From Macrostomum lignano (taxonomy: Eukaryota), in contig NIVC01003577.1 of the NCBI GenBank assembly GCA_002269645.1, positions 1-64,000 on the forward strand: a DNA stretch of 64,000 nt. The letters run 5' to 3'. The position numbers and the translations under genes are program-made. A model generated the notes under the pieces. The model had not been told where the DNA came from, searched no databases, and was given only the letters and a program-made list of their open reading frames with translations. Each line of letters starts with the position of its first letter. The stretch's first letter is position 1. Below are positions 1 to 11,982 of the stretch, piece by piece.

Positions 1-40
1 TCAGCAATCGCTTCCATTTTTTTTCACCACAAAAAAATAT

Positions 41-1319
41 TTAAACTTTACTGGATGAATTGTTGATCATGTTAAGCTTCACCTTCCTCTCAAATGCATA
101 GACAATGTACAGGTCCACGGTGTTGCTAGTCCTTCAATGTTAGTCACGATATTCACAGGGCTGTTATCAGTAGGCATTTGTCTGGCAGACACATCAGCGC
201 CAAACATCGGATATAGAGTTCCATATTGAAGGCAGTGATAGCAATTCCATTGTTCTCTTTCACAGCCAAGTCGACAACTCGCTGTAAAATTTGCTAATCT
301 TGTTCTGGACTGAAATCTCCATTTTGTGGCAGTGCAGGGTAAAGATTATCACTAATTTCATGCTGAATGGAACCGCACGTCTCCATGCATGTAGCGTATA
401 ATGCTATTTGGGTTTCTCATGTTAATAATGATATACCTTGGATTGCTGCATGATCCCTCTTTAATGCAGATGTTTGTTCTAGTTTCGTTTCGCTCATCTC
501 GACACATGTAGGCCGTGTATGCAACATCAATGTCCTTCTCTATTGCCTTGAGATAATCGCTTTTAGTGGGCAGTCTTTGGCTCAATGATTTCCAAATACA
601 GCTCGATTCCGGTTAGCTTCACCTCCATCCAGTGTGGTCCGCCCCAGTCCACAACACTCTACTGCGATCATCTCTAGTCAGTCTAAATGTGTAGCTAAAG
701 TTACTAGTCAGTCGATTAAATGTATTACAGAATCCACTCATGAATCTCAATGGTACAAATACATCAACAGACCGATACTGCGGGTTCTTAGCAGCATCAT
801 CTGCACCTTGCAATGCATAGTTGTATCTCTTCTTCCTATTTTTATAACCACTGTCATTGATATCTCCTTCTTCATCTGCGATAAAACCGCACCACTTCCC
901 AATTGAATAAAATCAGGATTCTCGATCAAACAATGAGCGTCATAGACAATTCCAAGTTGGCGATTCGCTCCAACTCTGTGCTCCCATTCGATACACTAAA
1001 CTCCTTGAACATGTACGCCCAAAAGTTGCTGATCAGAGCCACATCCGCATCATGCTTGTCAACGTTAGCACGAGCCGCATCCGCACCACCCTTTTGTCTT
1101 GAATTGAAATGTCATATGGAAGCCGCTCTTAAGACTGTGCACACTAACCAAAGACGAACATCCATTGTATGTAAATGTCAGTGTTTGACCAGGACCAAGA
1201 TTAGTTTCATTCTGATTTTCCTGACTGGGAACTCTTACCTGAGTCGCTTTGATTGTGCTATCATCACTCAAAATAGGCTTGTTAATTTTGTAGAAAACTG
1301 GTGTCAGTGGGTCGTTCAT
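41..1319 (-). pseudogene. Polinton major capsid protein (double jelly-roll), frameshifted
   Basis: Fragments in register with Polinton MCP motifs: SDDSTIK...GQTLTFTY, ALISNFWAYMFKEFSV, VFVPLRFMSGFCNTFNRL...YTFRLTRDD, LYPMFGADVSARQ, DLYIVYAFERKVKL. ATG at 1319, stop at 41-43. A further minus-strand ORF (MEAIA...) starts at 17 and leaves the window. Confidence 0.75.
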
Positions 1320-1448
1320 TTTTTAACTAAAAATAAATAAAATAAGAAATGAAGCGGAAAAGTACACAGCAGATATCTGAATTGGGAAAGCTAGCACAAG
1401 CAGAGAAACGAGTTACCGGGCTAATAAATAAGGAGCAACAATCCTACA

Positions 1449-2027
1449 ATGAGTTTTGTCCAAGCAGCCACAGAGTTTCATAACCCGGGTATGGAGAAGC
1501 TAAGAAAATATGATCAGGTCAAAGAAACTATCGACGACATACAGGAAACCAGGTGCAAAAGGCTTTTGGGCAAAATTCCAGAAGCACCACAGATACAGCG
1601 CAACCACGACACAACCGCAACCACAACAATCACAACAACAATCACAACCACAACAGCAACTAAAAGTGACAGATAATATTTTTGGACCAGTAGAGCGTGT
1701 AGAACATGATGGGAAATATGTATTTGGAATAAGTATGTGGAGAAGAAACATTTATAATGAACCAGTGGAATATTATATCGACATAAATAAGGAAAATATT
1801 TCTGTTGTCAAAGGCTCAGAAACTATGAAATTCCTTTCACAGACACCTTACTGACTTTTATGACCAAGAACCAGAGAAAATCTCGAGAAGCAGCTAAAGA
1901 ACTACAGAAATCTAGTGACTTTTTCTCTTGTTAGAGATATAGAAATACTAAAGGTCCCAGAAGTTCTGAACACATGTACGATAGCGGTGTCAACCTGACT
2001 AAATTCAAAAAAGTACAAGCACTTTAA
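1449..2027 (+). pseudogene. Polinton hypothetical protein with P/Q-rich linker, frameshifted
   Basis: Overlapping ORFs 1449-1676 and 1510-1854 and a continuation; the segments DNIFGPVE..GKYVFG and LTDFYDQEPEKI..LKNYRNLV resemble a recurrent Polinton ORF. Confidence 0.45.
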
Positions 2028-2030
2028 ACA

Positions 2031-2566
2031 ATGGTTCGATTTGCCAGATCAGGCGGAAGTCATAAAATATCTAGAACAACAACAGCAACAACAACCACAA
2101 CCACAGCAACAACCACAACCACAGCAACAACATTCACAGAAGTACTCAGCAACTGGCAAAATGCAGATCCGACTCAAGTAGCTGAATATAAAATGATCAA
2201 CAGATGCTGGCAACACTTAGAACAACACTCTCCAGATCGAATGAACAGAATCAAGCAAAGAGTTTTCACACTCAACAAAGACAGGCACCACATGACAGTT
2301 CCATCTCTGAAAGTGAGCAGTCTTTTGCATCACCTCCCCAGCAGCTACAAGCCCAACCAACTCCACAACCCCAAGACCAACCGCCCTCAACTGGAAAAGG
2401 AATTTCTGAAATCTACAAGCGAGTAGCGGTTCTTCTAGGAGCAGCAAAGACCGGAATGAAAGATGAAAATAGAAAAGAATTTGTCAACATCCTGGACAAA
2501 ATGCTTGAGAGAAAATATATCGATAAAAGAGCAAGAGAGCTTCTGCTTTCGTTTAACAAAAAATAA
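2031..2566 (+). pseudogene. Polinton core-type protein (N-terminal RSGG; C-terminal GKG...RVAVLLGAAKTG..NILDKML motif), frameshifted
   Basis: ORFs 2031-2426 and 2204-2566 join across a CAA-rich tract. The C-terminus resembles the L..LL.A..AGN...I.D.L motif seen in Polinton/adintovirus small proteins. Confidence 0.5.
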
Positions 2567-2582
2567 ATTTCTATTTAAAAAG

Positions 2583-2959
2583 ATGCCAATTATTTTCGAA
2601 AAAGACATTGACAAATACTACGACAAAGAGGAACTTAATCTCATTAAACGCGGATCTGGACTTTTCCCTGCAGGCCACTATCAAGAAAAGAACGCTCTGG
2701 AATGGCCTTGCCGATTTGATCGCTCAGGGGCCAAGATTTTTAAGGTCATTGGAGAGAACAAAGAGAACATCAAGAACGTTGCCGAAGCGGCTGGCAGTGT
2801 AGTCACAGCAGCCAAGAAGATTAAAGATACGGTTAATGAACCCGGAAATCAATACCAGATATTCAACCCCTTGCACCGAGTGCAGATAGTGTCGATCCAG
2901 CCATCTACGCAAAGATGAGAGCTGAATATAAGAAAGGAGGCGGTTTTAAATTTGACTAA
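2583..2959 (+). pseudogene. Putative membrane-active core protein (GSG followed by an amphipathic helix; ends KKGGGFKFD), frameshifted
   Basis: MPIIFEK...IKRGSGLF, then GLADLIAQG/KIFKVIGENKENIKNVAEAAGSVVTAAKKIKD across shifted frames; stop at 2957-2959. Confidence 0.45.
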
Positions 2960-2990
2960 GTGCACCCTGACGGTAAAAGAGGTGTGAGGG

Positions 2991-3120
2991 TGTAGGACTA
3001 GTCGGATGTAGGACTAGTAGAAAAAGACACACACAACCCGAAAAAAGACACACACATCCCGCAAAGAGACACAAGCAAAGAGACACACACATACACATCC
3101 CGAAAAAAGACACACGCGTC
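2991..3120 (+). repeat. Short intergenic repeats: 2x GTAGGACTAGT and ~5x AAAGACACAC(A)
   Basis: Read directly between the core ORF and the ATPase ATG. Confidence 0.8.
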
Positions 3121-3164
3121 TTAAATACACAAGTTTAAAAAGAAAAAGTTTTTTTACATAAAAA

Positions 3165-3963
3165 ATGGACTTCACAAACGACTTTCATCCCACTGGACAC
3201 GCAATCAGATAAAATTTGCTCACAACGAGATAATTCCAGGGCACTTCCGATGCATTGTTGTTGGCTCATCTGGGTCAGGGAAAACCTTCAGAGTTTTTAA
3301 CATGCTCCTCAGACCTGGATTCCTCGATTATGACACACTACATATCTATTCACCCACTCTGTATCAAGATGAGTATAAAATGCTAGTAGCGGGCCTACAG
3401 AACAAACTCAACAAGGAAGATATTATTCAATGTTTTAGACATCAAAAAGACCTCAACAGCAACCCGGAAGTTGTAGCCACTGAATACGCAAAGCACATCC
3501 CAGACAATGAAAAATGGCAAAATATTAAAGTTTTCACTTATGGAGATCCACAGATAGATCCTAAAACTAAACTCTTACCTCAACCTGATGAACTAGAAAA
3601 GGGGAGAAAGCACCTGATTGTCTTTGATGACTGCATGACCGGTCCCCAGAAACAGATAGAAAATTATTTCACCCGGGTAGACACAATAATTGCAATGTTA
3701 TTTACATTGCCCAAAACTGGTTTGAACTGCCAAATAAAACAATTAGAGGTAACTGTAATTTGATTCTCCTTTTCCCAACCATACCACAGGATCGACTGAA
3801 ACGATTTTATAATGAGGTCATTGCCCCAGCTCACATTACATATCCAGCTAAGAACTCTAACAGAACAATATCACAGGAGGAATTTGTTAACATATGCTAT
3901 GAAAAGTGGAACCAACCCTATCAGTTTGTCATGATTAATAAGGAGAAAAGAATTTTACTTTAA
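3165..3963 (+). pseudogene. A32/FtsK-like genome-packaging ATPase, frameshifted
   Basis: Walker A CIVVGSSGSGKT (~3250-3286), Walker B LIVFDD, downstream NYFTR; ATG at 3165 in an A-run context; last fragment stops at 3963. Confidence 0.85.
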
Positions 3964-3978
3964 TTTTTATTTAAAAAA

Positions 3979-4535
3979 ATGTCATAAATTTTGCAGGTGA
4001 GTCAACTACAGGCAACAGCACTCTCACAACTTCCTTCCTTGATAAGCGCTACATTAACACTGATGAAGAGATCCCAGAGATCAAACTGAATAAAAACAGA
4101 CTGAAACAATTAGAGCGCTCCATGCACCAGTTGCAAATAAACATGGAAGATCTCAGGCTTAAAGTAGCTAGGCAGAAGTTTGAAAGTGATAAGCTTTATG
4201 TGCCGTTGTTAAACGCAACTAATGAACTAAGGTCAGAATAACTTCGATAGTCTCGCTAATCAACGGCTTGAGATCATCAGTTAATCTTCTGGGAAATTCC
4301 ATGATAGACGGATGCGTATTCTTGAAGGAGGAGTTTTCACAAACACAGCTAAAGTGATAATTTAGAAGAGTTCATGAACCAGTCAACAGCATTGCATGAT
4401 AGAATTAAAGAAAACGTCGCAACCAACACAGGTAAAGTGAGGAATTTAGAAGAGTTCATGAACCAGTCAACAGCGTTGCATGATAGAATTAAAGAAAGAC
4501 TTGAAGCATTAGAGAAACGATGTATCACACAGTAG
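3979..4535 (+). pseudogene. Polinton coiled-coil hypothetical ORF(s) containing a 55-bp direct repeat
   Basis: Fragments FLDKRYINTDEE..LKQLERSMHQLQINMEDL and NLEEFMNQSTALHDRIKE x2 (repeat at 4359-4413 and 4443-4497, period 84). Confidence 0.4.
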
Positions 4536-4872
4536 CTATCTAAACGGAATGTATAGCTCTTGGGGTAAAATAATAAGGAGGCTTGATCGTCTGGAGAGAA
4601 CACTCAATCTTCGTGATATTGCTATTGATGAAGCAGAATCTGCTGCTCGTCCGGTCATGTCTACAGATCGAGTAGAAGGAGCTCTGGACCCCGCCGGAGT
4701 AATCCGGCACGCTCTCAAACGTCAGCCGCCAGCCGCTGCCTGCTGGACTCGCGATCCTCCGGCGTCACGAGAGCCGCCTAGACAACCGGCGGTGCAGATG
4801 GAATTATCAAAAAGAAAACAGATCTTTCAACCGGATAGTTTTATAATTTTTTTTATTTTTCTAGAGAAAAAA

Positions 4873-5578
4873 ATGGCCCAACAAAATTCTCTATACGATC
4901 AGTCTCAATACGTTGAACCTAAAATACCGACAGCACCAAACTCAATGGCACCGAATTCGAACACACAAAGCCTGAATGCACCGAATCTGAATGCACCCAA
5001 TATGAGCAACAAAAACTCTACCCCGTCATTACTTGTAACTCTCAACAGTTTCGACTGGTGGAGATTCAAAAAATGCGCGATGATCTTGAAAAAAATATTT
5101 TCCACAACACAAAGAAAATTAAGCGCTATGACAGCCACTGTAAATTTTTCGACTACAGCAATATGATTCTAGGATCTGTGTCTGTTCTATCTGGTCTGCT
5201 GCAGCTGTCTCAGTGTTGCCAGCCATCACAGCCCCAATCGCAATCCCTGGCTTGTGGGTGCTGCATGTGGACTTATTTCAGCAATTACTGGAGCATTAGC
5301 GCGAAACAGGCGAAAAAAACTAAAGCAGCTACAGGAGAAGCAAGTAAAAGAGAAAGGGGTGCACACTCAATCATAGGGTACATTTCAAGGGCAATCGAGG
5401 ATAAGTTCATTTCAGAGGATGAGTTCAAAACCATTCAGGATCTTTATGAACAATCAATTCGAATGAACTTGAACATGGTCGGTACTGATGACATGAGTCA
5501 GCTGAAAATGAACTCGAGAAAGTTTTCAACATTATGCGGAAAGAAGGAAACGAGAAGACAACGAGAAATGCACAATGA
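4873..5578 (+). pseudogene. Conserved Polinton transmembrane protein, frameshifted (copy 1)
   Basis: Hydrophobic ILGSVSVL...AITGAL segment followed by IIGYISRAIEDKFISEDEFKTI; homologous to 23264-23859. Confidence 0.65.
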
Positions 5579-5581
5579 ACC

Positions 5582-5981
5582 CTATGAAACACAGCCAAGA
5601 ATAATTTCCTTGTAGGTCTTTCGTGTTTTGGTCATTGCATACAAAACAGTCATGCACAGCTCACCGCAAATATCACTGCTAAGACCTTGGAGAATAAAGT
5701 CTGAGCGATAAATTTTTTTATTATTTTTCCCTTCATATAATTTCTTAGCTCTTCTGGTACTGCCGTCCCATAGCTATCGAAGTAATAACACTTGTGCTTG
5801 CGATCGGGATCAATCACCCAGCAAACCCAATGAGATCCTGGCTTATCGTGGTGTCAAAGTTCATGATGCCGCATTCTTTTCTTAGAGGAAAATCAGGCAG
5901 AGTGTCCCTCATAAATATTCCTCTAAAGTTTGGGATTTCCAGTTCGTTAGCCAAATCTTCGAGAAAGTTATTTGTAGTCAT
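5582..5981 (-). pseudogene. Adenain-like cysteine protease, frameshifted (copy 1)
   Basis: Near-identical to the intact ORF at 23864-24265 but with small deletions. Confidence 0.85.
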
Positions 5982-6052
5982 TTTTTGAGGTTTATTAAAC
6001 TTTCTCTTAAACCTAAACCTAAACTCCACCTCCTAAACCCAACTTCCACCTC

Positions 6053-9000
6053 CTAAACCCAATCTCCTAAGCCTAATCTCCAATGCCCGAACGGTAGACT
6101 GTTAATGTTGTCATCAAAAATGAATCTCTTGTTATCTGCACCTGACAGTCCAATCTTCTTTTGCTGAATTGTGTGAATAATATGGTTTTTAGATTGTAGC
6201 TTTGAGAACTCATGTGATGTCTTTTTGTTGCAATTCAAGGCGTCTCTGTATTCAGCTTCATTAATTTCCTTCCTAACCACACGTTTCGGAATTCCCTTTG
6301 ATTTTTTAATTGGGTCTGACGACTCACATTTTACAAAATAGGACTTTGCTCTCAACCCAATGAATTCAGTGATTATGTCACCAGCAATCTCGTCCTTCAT
6401 TTTCCCAATCACTTTCTTGTTAGTAGCGTCAAACACTTGATCGCCATTCTGTGTCCTGCAAGATTCATCATACTCAGACAAGTCAAACAAATCTTTTTGC
6501 TGCAGCATGTCCTGATAAATGTCTTCTGTTTGAATGTCCATAATAAAACTGTCTGTGTCAGTGTACAAGAGTTTCATTTTATCCTTGTACTGCTGCTTCA
6601 TGCCATAGAAGAACTGGTACATCAAACGTTTTGATTCGTCGAGAACAGTGACACCTGTATAGATCGGCTTGCGCAGCGTCACCTTGGTTTTGTAAAATAT
6701 GATCACACCTAAGTAGCTATTAAAGATATGGAGTTCTTTGAATGTTGGCTTTGACATATTTGCCTGAATAACAGCAGGCTCTGATGAGGTAACAAGTTTC
6801 AGGTTTGTTCTTTTCCGCTCATTCTCAAGAGTCTTGCCATAGACAGAGTTGTTGGCCAACTTAAAGAGGTTCTTGTCAAAGTCGTTGGTTGCTTTGGTCC
6901 TAAACTGGGTGTTCTTATCAATGTAGGGTTTCATCCACGCTTCCTCTGTAAATGTAAGAGCCCGGTGAACTTTGGTGACCCTGCAACCAAGTGAGATAAA
7001 ATACTGAAGCAGTTTGTAATGGATTTTGTAACGTGTCTTGTTGTTTAGATTCTGTGTTAGTTTTCTGTATGTTCTTTTTCTGTTCCTGACAGGTGCCAAG
7101 TTCCATTATTATCATTGGAGTTTCGATTATTTTCGGGCACTTGATGTTCTCTGGGAAGGGTGGAAAGTCAGAGAAATAGTCGTGAAGCTCTGGTGGAATG
7201 TAAACATCAACTTCATAAATGGCAGCCAATGAAAAGTCCCGTTTGAATTCTGATGAGGGTAGCCATCGAAAATCTCTAACTGGAAGATCTTGACTCATCG
7301 CCCACCCGTAGAGATTATTAGCGTCCAAGTAAGTAATGTAGTTTGAGGGCTGCTCCTTATTGTAAGATTCAATGTAGGGATTGTTTGCTTTTGCATATCT
7401 GTGCAAATTGAGATCCCCCTCGCTTTGACGATTCGACAAAATTGTACATGTCAATGTCTGTAAGAAGTTCAATGTACCAATCTGGATCTTGATCCCATTT
7501 CATTTTAAGCAAAGATTCCCAGCTAGTGGCAGGCAGAGACACATAATGTGCTGGATCGAGGCCATATGCTGTGTACCAGGTGTATCTGAAGGTTTCAAAC
7601 ACATCGGCCAGCAGAAACACATCTGTGTAGAGGTAAAGCAGGTGATACTGGAAGAAGTTTTGACAATTAAAGTAATTATAGACATGCTTCGCGTGCTCAT
7701 AGTCTTTGTCAGAGATTCCAGAGTCTGTTAGCTTTGAAAAGAACTTCTCCTGTGGTGGTAAACCTTCTTCAAATACGTGATACCCAGTAATATTTTCATA
7801 GGGGTAGAAGCCTTTGGTTCTCAGGAGTTTAAATGATTCATCACTGTTGTTAATTTTACTTGCAAACATCTTTGTATATGTACATTGTTCATCTTTTAGA
7901 TTCTTGCTTAGTTCGTCTAGACTGGCAGCTAGAAATTGATATGAATCCTTCAGTCTTATTTTACCTTCACCTTTACCCGAATTATCCTGTTTAATATCAA
8001 CACACTTAAACTTCTCCTTGTTCTCTGCGATGCAGTCAAGGTGTATGTCTGGAATCATGCCGATTTTTTCAACTATTAAATGCATGTCATAGTTCTTTGC
8101 GTTGTGACAAAATATCGTTAGATCATGAATGTTCGATTTAGCTTTAGATTACAGGTGTTATGCGCTGCACCTCTAAATTTCCCAGTAAAGTGGCAGTGGT
8201 CCCTAACGGTGGGGTTTTTAATATCAGTGCAAGTTAACTGTTTCCTGCAGATGTGGCAATGAGTTGCTGATAAGAAATTGCTTTCATCCTCCTCAGTCAT
8301 CATTATTGGAACAGGTTGAAGGGTGCTAATCACTTTTTGCAACTCTAACATTCTGGCAATAAACTGCTCCACACACTGCTCTCCAAAGAAATAATTATAC
8401 TCAACAAGTCCTTTTGTATTAATAAAGGCATATGCTACTGAATTGGGGACATGTTTTTGAGTTTCTGGCATGATTGAGCATTCGAAATCAGCATATACAA
8501 CAAATGGGAGCTTCTCCATCTTGTGATAGTTCTTAAACCGGAGATACTTCTCTTCAGCTGAAGGAAGAGAGCAGTTTGTCGGGTGATCCTCGCATGATAA
8601 TTCATGCTCTGTTAGTTTTCAAAGCGTTCAGGTCCACTGTAATGCTTAAGGCACAAGCGGCAGATGGCAACAGCCTCGTGATGATTATTCAACTGCTTGT
8701 GAATGAGTCTTGAAAGATCTTTAATCCAAACATAGTGAGCCTCCTCTAGTAAATTACCAATCACTAGAAGATCCACTTCAGTCCGCCTTTTCCCCTCAGG
8801 ATCTAAAACGTCTTTGCTACATCTGACCGGTTGAACTTTCTCAGTTTTTTCACTCCACTCAAAGACTGTGATTCTAATTTTGTTATTAAACACTTCTTCT
8901 AGCTTTGGGATCTGAGAGATCGCCAAGCCTCCTTTGTCAAACCTGATTCCCTTCTTTTCGCATTCGATGAGATAGTAGTTGAAATAATTTTGATAATTTG

Positions 9001-9861
9001 AGGTTCTTTCGGGTGGTGAGGTACACTAATAAGTGCAGAAAGAACTGCCCATAGAGCACAGCAATTGTCTTTATTTTTAACATTTATGCAAGCTTTTTTG
9101 CCGGCTAGCTTATGCGGGAGCTCTATATAAGAGGAGGCTTTAAGTGGGTCATATTTCATGACCATGACAGTCGCTCTTTGAATCCCTCCCACGACCCATC
9201 CGGAACCTCTGGATGTAAACGCTTCAATTTTCTTATTGACATCTTGAAGGAAAGGATCCAGTGTGTCTGTTGGGGTGAATGGCTTTGCCTTTGTTGTCAT
9301 GTAATACTCGAGATGCTCAGTGGGTTTCGCAGGCATATAAAACGCAATCTTGAATGATATCTGTAGTTTAAAGGTCTTGCGTGTTTTAAGTGTGTGATCA
9401 ACAACTGATTGGATGCTGTCTTTATAGTCGTAGATGTTTGCGGTGTTATCCTTAATTGGGATTGTGTACTCTATGTAATGGTCTGTAAACTTCCTCTGTG
9501 CAAAATTAATCTCTTCAATGGCAAGCTCCGACTCTTTTAAATGGATTAATTGCTCTAATTTCTCTTGTTCCTGCTTATTTTGTGGGTACTTTGCTTTTTC
9601 ACCAGTGAGAGTTTCGTATTTGTTAACTAAGTTGCGACTCCTCTCTTGGTGTTCCTTTGCAGAATTTTTTATAGGCGCATACTGGTTGGATTCTAATTGA
9701 TTGATGATTTCCAACTGTTTTTCATAGCTTCCCAGGTGACCAGGGTCGGTGTTAAACTTTTGTTTGCATGCTTCTCTTAGTGAATTACTTTTGTCTTGAA
9801 ATGAGACGCCTTTTGAAAAATATTTGTTGACTAAATCTCTTGCTGGATTGGCTTTTGGCAT
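6053..9861 (-). pseudogene. polB: Protein-primed family B DNA polymerase, multiply frameshifted (copy 1)
   Basis: ExoI VVYADFE, ExoIII YLYTDVFLLADVFE, motif A YLDANNLYGWAM, motif B KLANNSVYGKT, motif C YTDTDS, and an endonuclease VII-like CHIC..RDHCH..H.CN insert, spread over at least 6 ORF fragments. Confidence 0.95.
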
Positions 9862-9987
9862 TTTTTTCTCTAAAATAAAAAAAAAATTTTTGAGGGTTAC
9901 CACCCTGATAGAAAAGTTGAACTGTTTCTACATCCTATAAGTAGTATTAGGTTTATGAAGCTGGATAAAGTGGGGTTTTAAACCTCA

Positions 9988-10446
9988 TCACATGCGCATT
10001 ATTGTAAACCCAGCATTGTGCAGTGTCATGATGGCTTTGACAATGTCAGACTTGCTTACAGAATTTTCATTCTCACAATCATCACGATCGGGGCAGCCCT
10101 CAGGGCAGCCCTCTCCTGCCTTAATTGTTATACCTTTGTCTCTTGCAATCTTTTGCAATTCTAGCTGGTGGGCTCTATCATTCCCAGCTTTAACAGCAGT
10201 TGCTACACCTCCAGCTACACCACCTGCGGCACTTACAGCGCCTGCAATAATTGGGATAAGAGCTGCTAATGGTAGGATTCCTCCTGACTTTTCATCTGTG
10301 ATGCTGTGTCTTTGTTCATTACATTGAACTATTTGCTGCACGGGATCGACTTTTACTTTGGCACCTTTAATTGATATAAGACCTGGTTTCTTTGATTCAA
10401 TGATTTTATTGAGTTTATTGATGGTTCTGGTTTCAATCTTTGTCAT
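9988..10446 (-). CDS. Adenovirus protein X (pX/mu precursor)-like core protein, intact
   Basis: KSGG|ILPLAALIPIIAGAVSAAGGVAGG closely resembles adenoviral pX MRGG|ILPLLIPLIAAAIGAVPG; 152-aa open frame. Confidence 0.7.
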   Translation of the reverse strand: MTKIETRTINKLNKIIESKKPGLISIKGAKVKVDPVQQIVQCNEQRHSITDEKSGGILPLAALIPIIAGAVSAAGGVAGGVATAVKAGNDRAHQLELQKIARDKGITIKAGEGCPEGCPDRDDCENENSVSKSDIVKAIMTLHNAGFTIMRM

Positions 10447-10462
10447 TTTTTATTTTAATATT

Positions 10463-11502
10463 TTAATTAATTTCTGTGTCAGCTGGTATCACTAGAAGTT
10501 CAGCTCTAGTGAATGACCGCGTGGGGGATTTAGGGTTAAAGGTTTGAGATAAAAAGTAATAGTCACCGGAGTCGGAGGTAAAATGTCTGTCTATTTTATG
10601 TACATCAAGGCTGAAGTATGGATCTGTAGCTCTTCTTTTAGTGTCCTTCTCTAGCTCTCCAGGTAGATATAAAAAGCGTAGAAACTCAGAGTTTGTCAGT
10701 ATGTATGGTGATTCAACTCCTGGAAGCTTAGGGTAGTTCGAGGTGTGTTTTGTGTTGTGTGTGTTGTGTGGGGTTGTCGTGTTGTTGTCTGTTCTATGAG
10801 ATGACTTAAGTTCGACAGTGTCTTGTTTAATTGCATGGGATGGTTTCAATCCAGTCATGCGCGTGACTTCATTGTTCAGTTGTTCTATAACAGTGGGGAG
10901 CCGGTCTGTCCACTTGGTATAGTATTGGCCACTTTTTAGTTTCAGCTCTTCAGCTGTCTGCTTAGTGAATAGCCTCTTGGCTAGAGTTAGATTGAATCTT
11001 TCCACAAAAGCCTGGTCTCTGTGGAGCTCAGTTCTTCCATAGCGAATTTTTTGTGTCATACTTATGTAGAAGTGATATCACTGCACCCATGAATTCTTTA
11101 CCCGGGTCCGTCATAAAGATTTCAGGGTAACTAAGGGGTGAGTTTTTATAAATATCTTGGAGGGCGGCTGCAACTGCTTCTGACTTCTTCGTCTTGAGTG
11201 GGCGAGCTTCCTTATATCTGGAAGCAACGTCTGTAATTGTAAGAGCATACTTGTAGCCCGAGTCATTGGGGAGAAACAAAAGATCTGCTTGGTGCGCTTC
11301 ATTAGGTTTATAAATACTGAAATGGGGCCTTTCAAATTTTACTGGTGGGAAATAGACTTGAAAGACAGCCTGCTTAGAGAGCCACTTTTCTACTTTAGCT
11401 TTTGGTTCCTTACTTAGTTCTGTGAGTTTGGTGACTGTATTTTTTTCCTACAAAGAATCCTTTGTCGCTGTAGTAGAGTTTTTTAAGTTTCTGATCTGTC
11501 AT
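10463..11502 (-). pseudogene. Polinton retroviral-like (rve, DDE) integrase, frameshifted (copy 1)
   Basis: HQADLLFL (D), MTDPGKEF (D), FVERFNLTL (E), C-terminal RRATDPYFS; ATG at 11502. Confidence 0.9.
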
Positions 11503-11532
11503 TTTTTTAAAAAGAAAATTTTAAATAAAATA

Positions 11533-11982
11533 ATGCAACGCTCTGGTGGTAAGTTAGACTCACATGGACTGATAGAAAAGCTTCCTCATCCAAACAAAGG
11601 CTGGACACTTCCCGGCTACAAATATTGTGGGCCTTTGAATCCACTTGAAATACAGTTAGATACAAACAATAATCCAAATCCTGGGCATGAGCCTGTGAAC
11701 GAGCTAGACTCTGTCTGCATGTGGCACGATGTTAAATATAGAGATTTTCCTGAGGAGAAGAATCGTTGGGACAAAGAAATGCTCAGGAGACTCGACAATA
11801 TAGGGGCTTCAAGCGGGTGGAGGGAATCGATTGCTCGGTAGCTAGTTAAAGCTGTTATTTTTGGTAAAACAAAGTTGGGGTTGGGGGTTGAAGGCGAGGG
11901 CGGGGTGGGTTTTGCATTGCACGCGCCAAGTCAAGAACTAGGAAGACTGTTGAAAGAGCTGGGGGTTGAGAGAGCAGAATGA
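11533..11982 (+). pseudogene. Parvovirus VP1u-type phospholipase A2 protein (PLA2X-like), one internal TAG (copy 1)
   Basis: GWTLPGYKYCGPLNPL...PVNELDSVCMWHDVKY (Ca loop plus HD dyad). TAG at 11839 where copy 2 has AAG; the frame continues LVKAVIFGKTKLGLG to 11982. Confidence 0.85.

Noticed and set aside
5995-6075. CCTAAAC repeats as telomere-like sequence
   Set aside because: They are short, degenerate, not TTAGGG, and differ between the two copies; this is low-complexity spacer between PolB and the protease.
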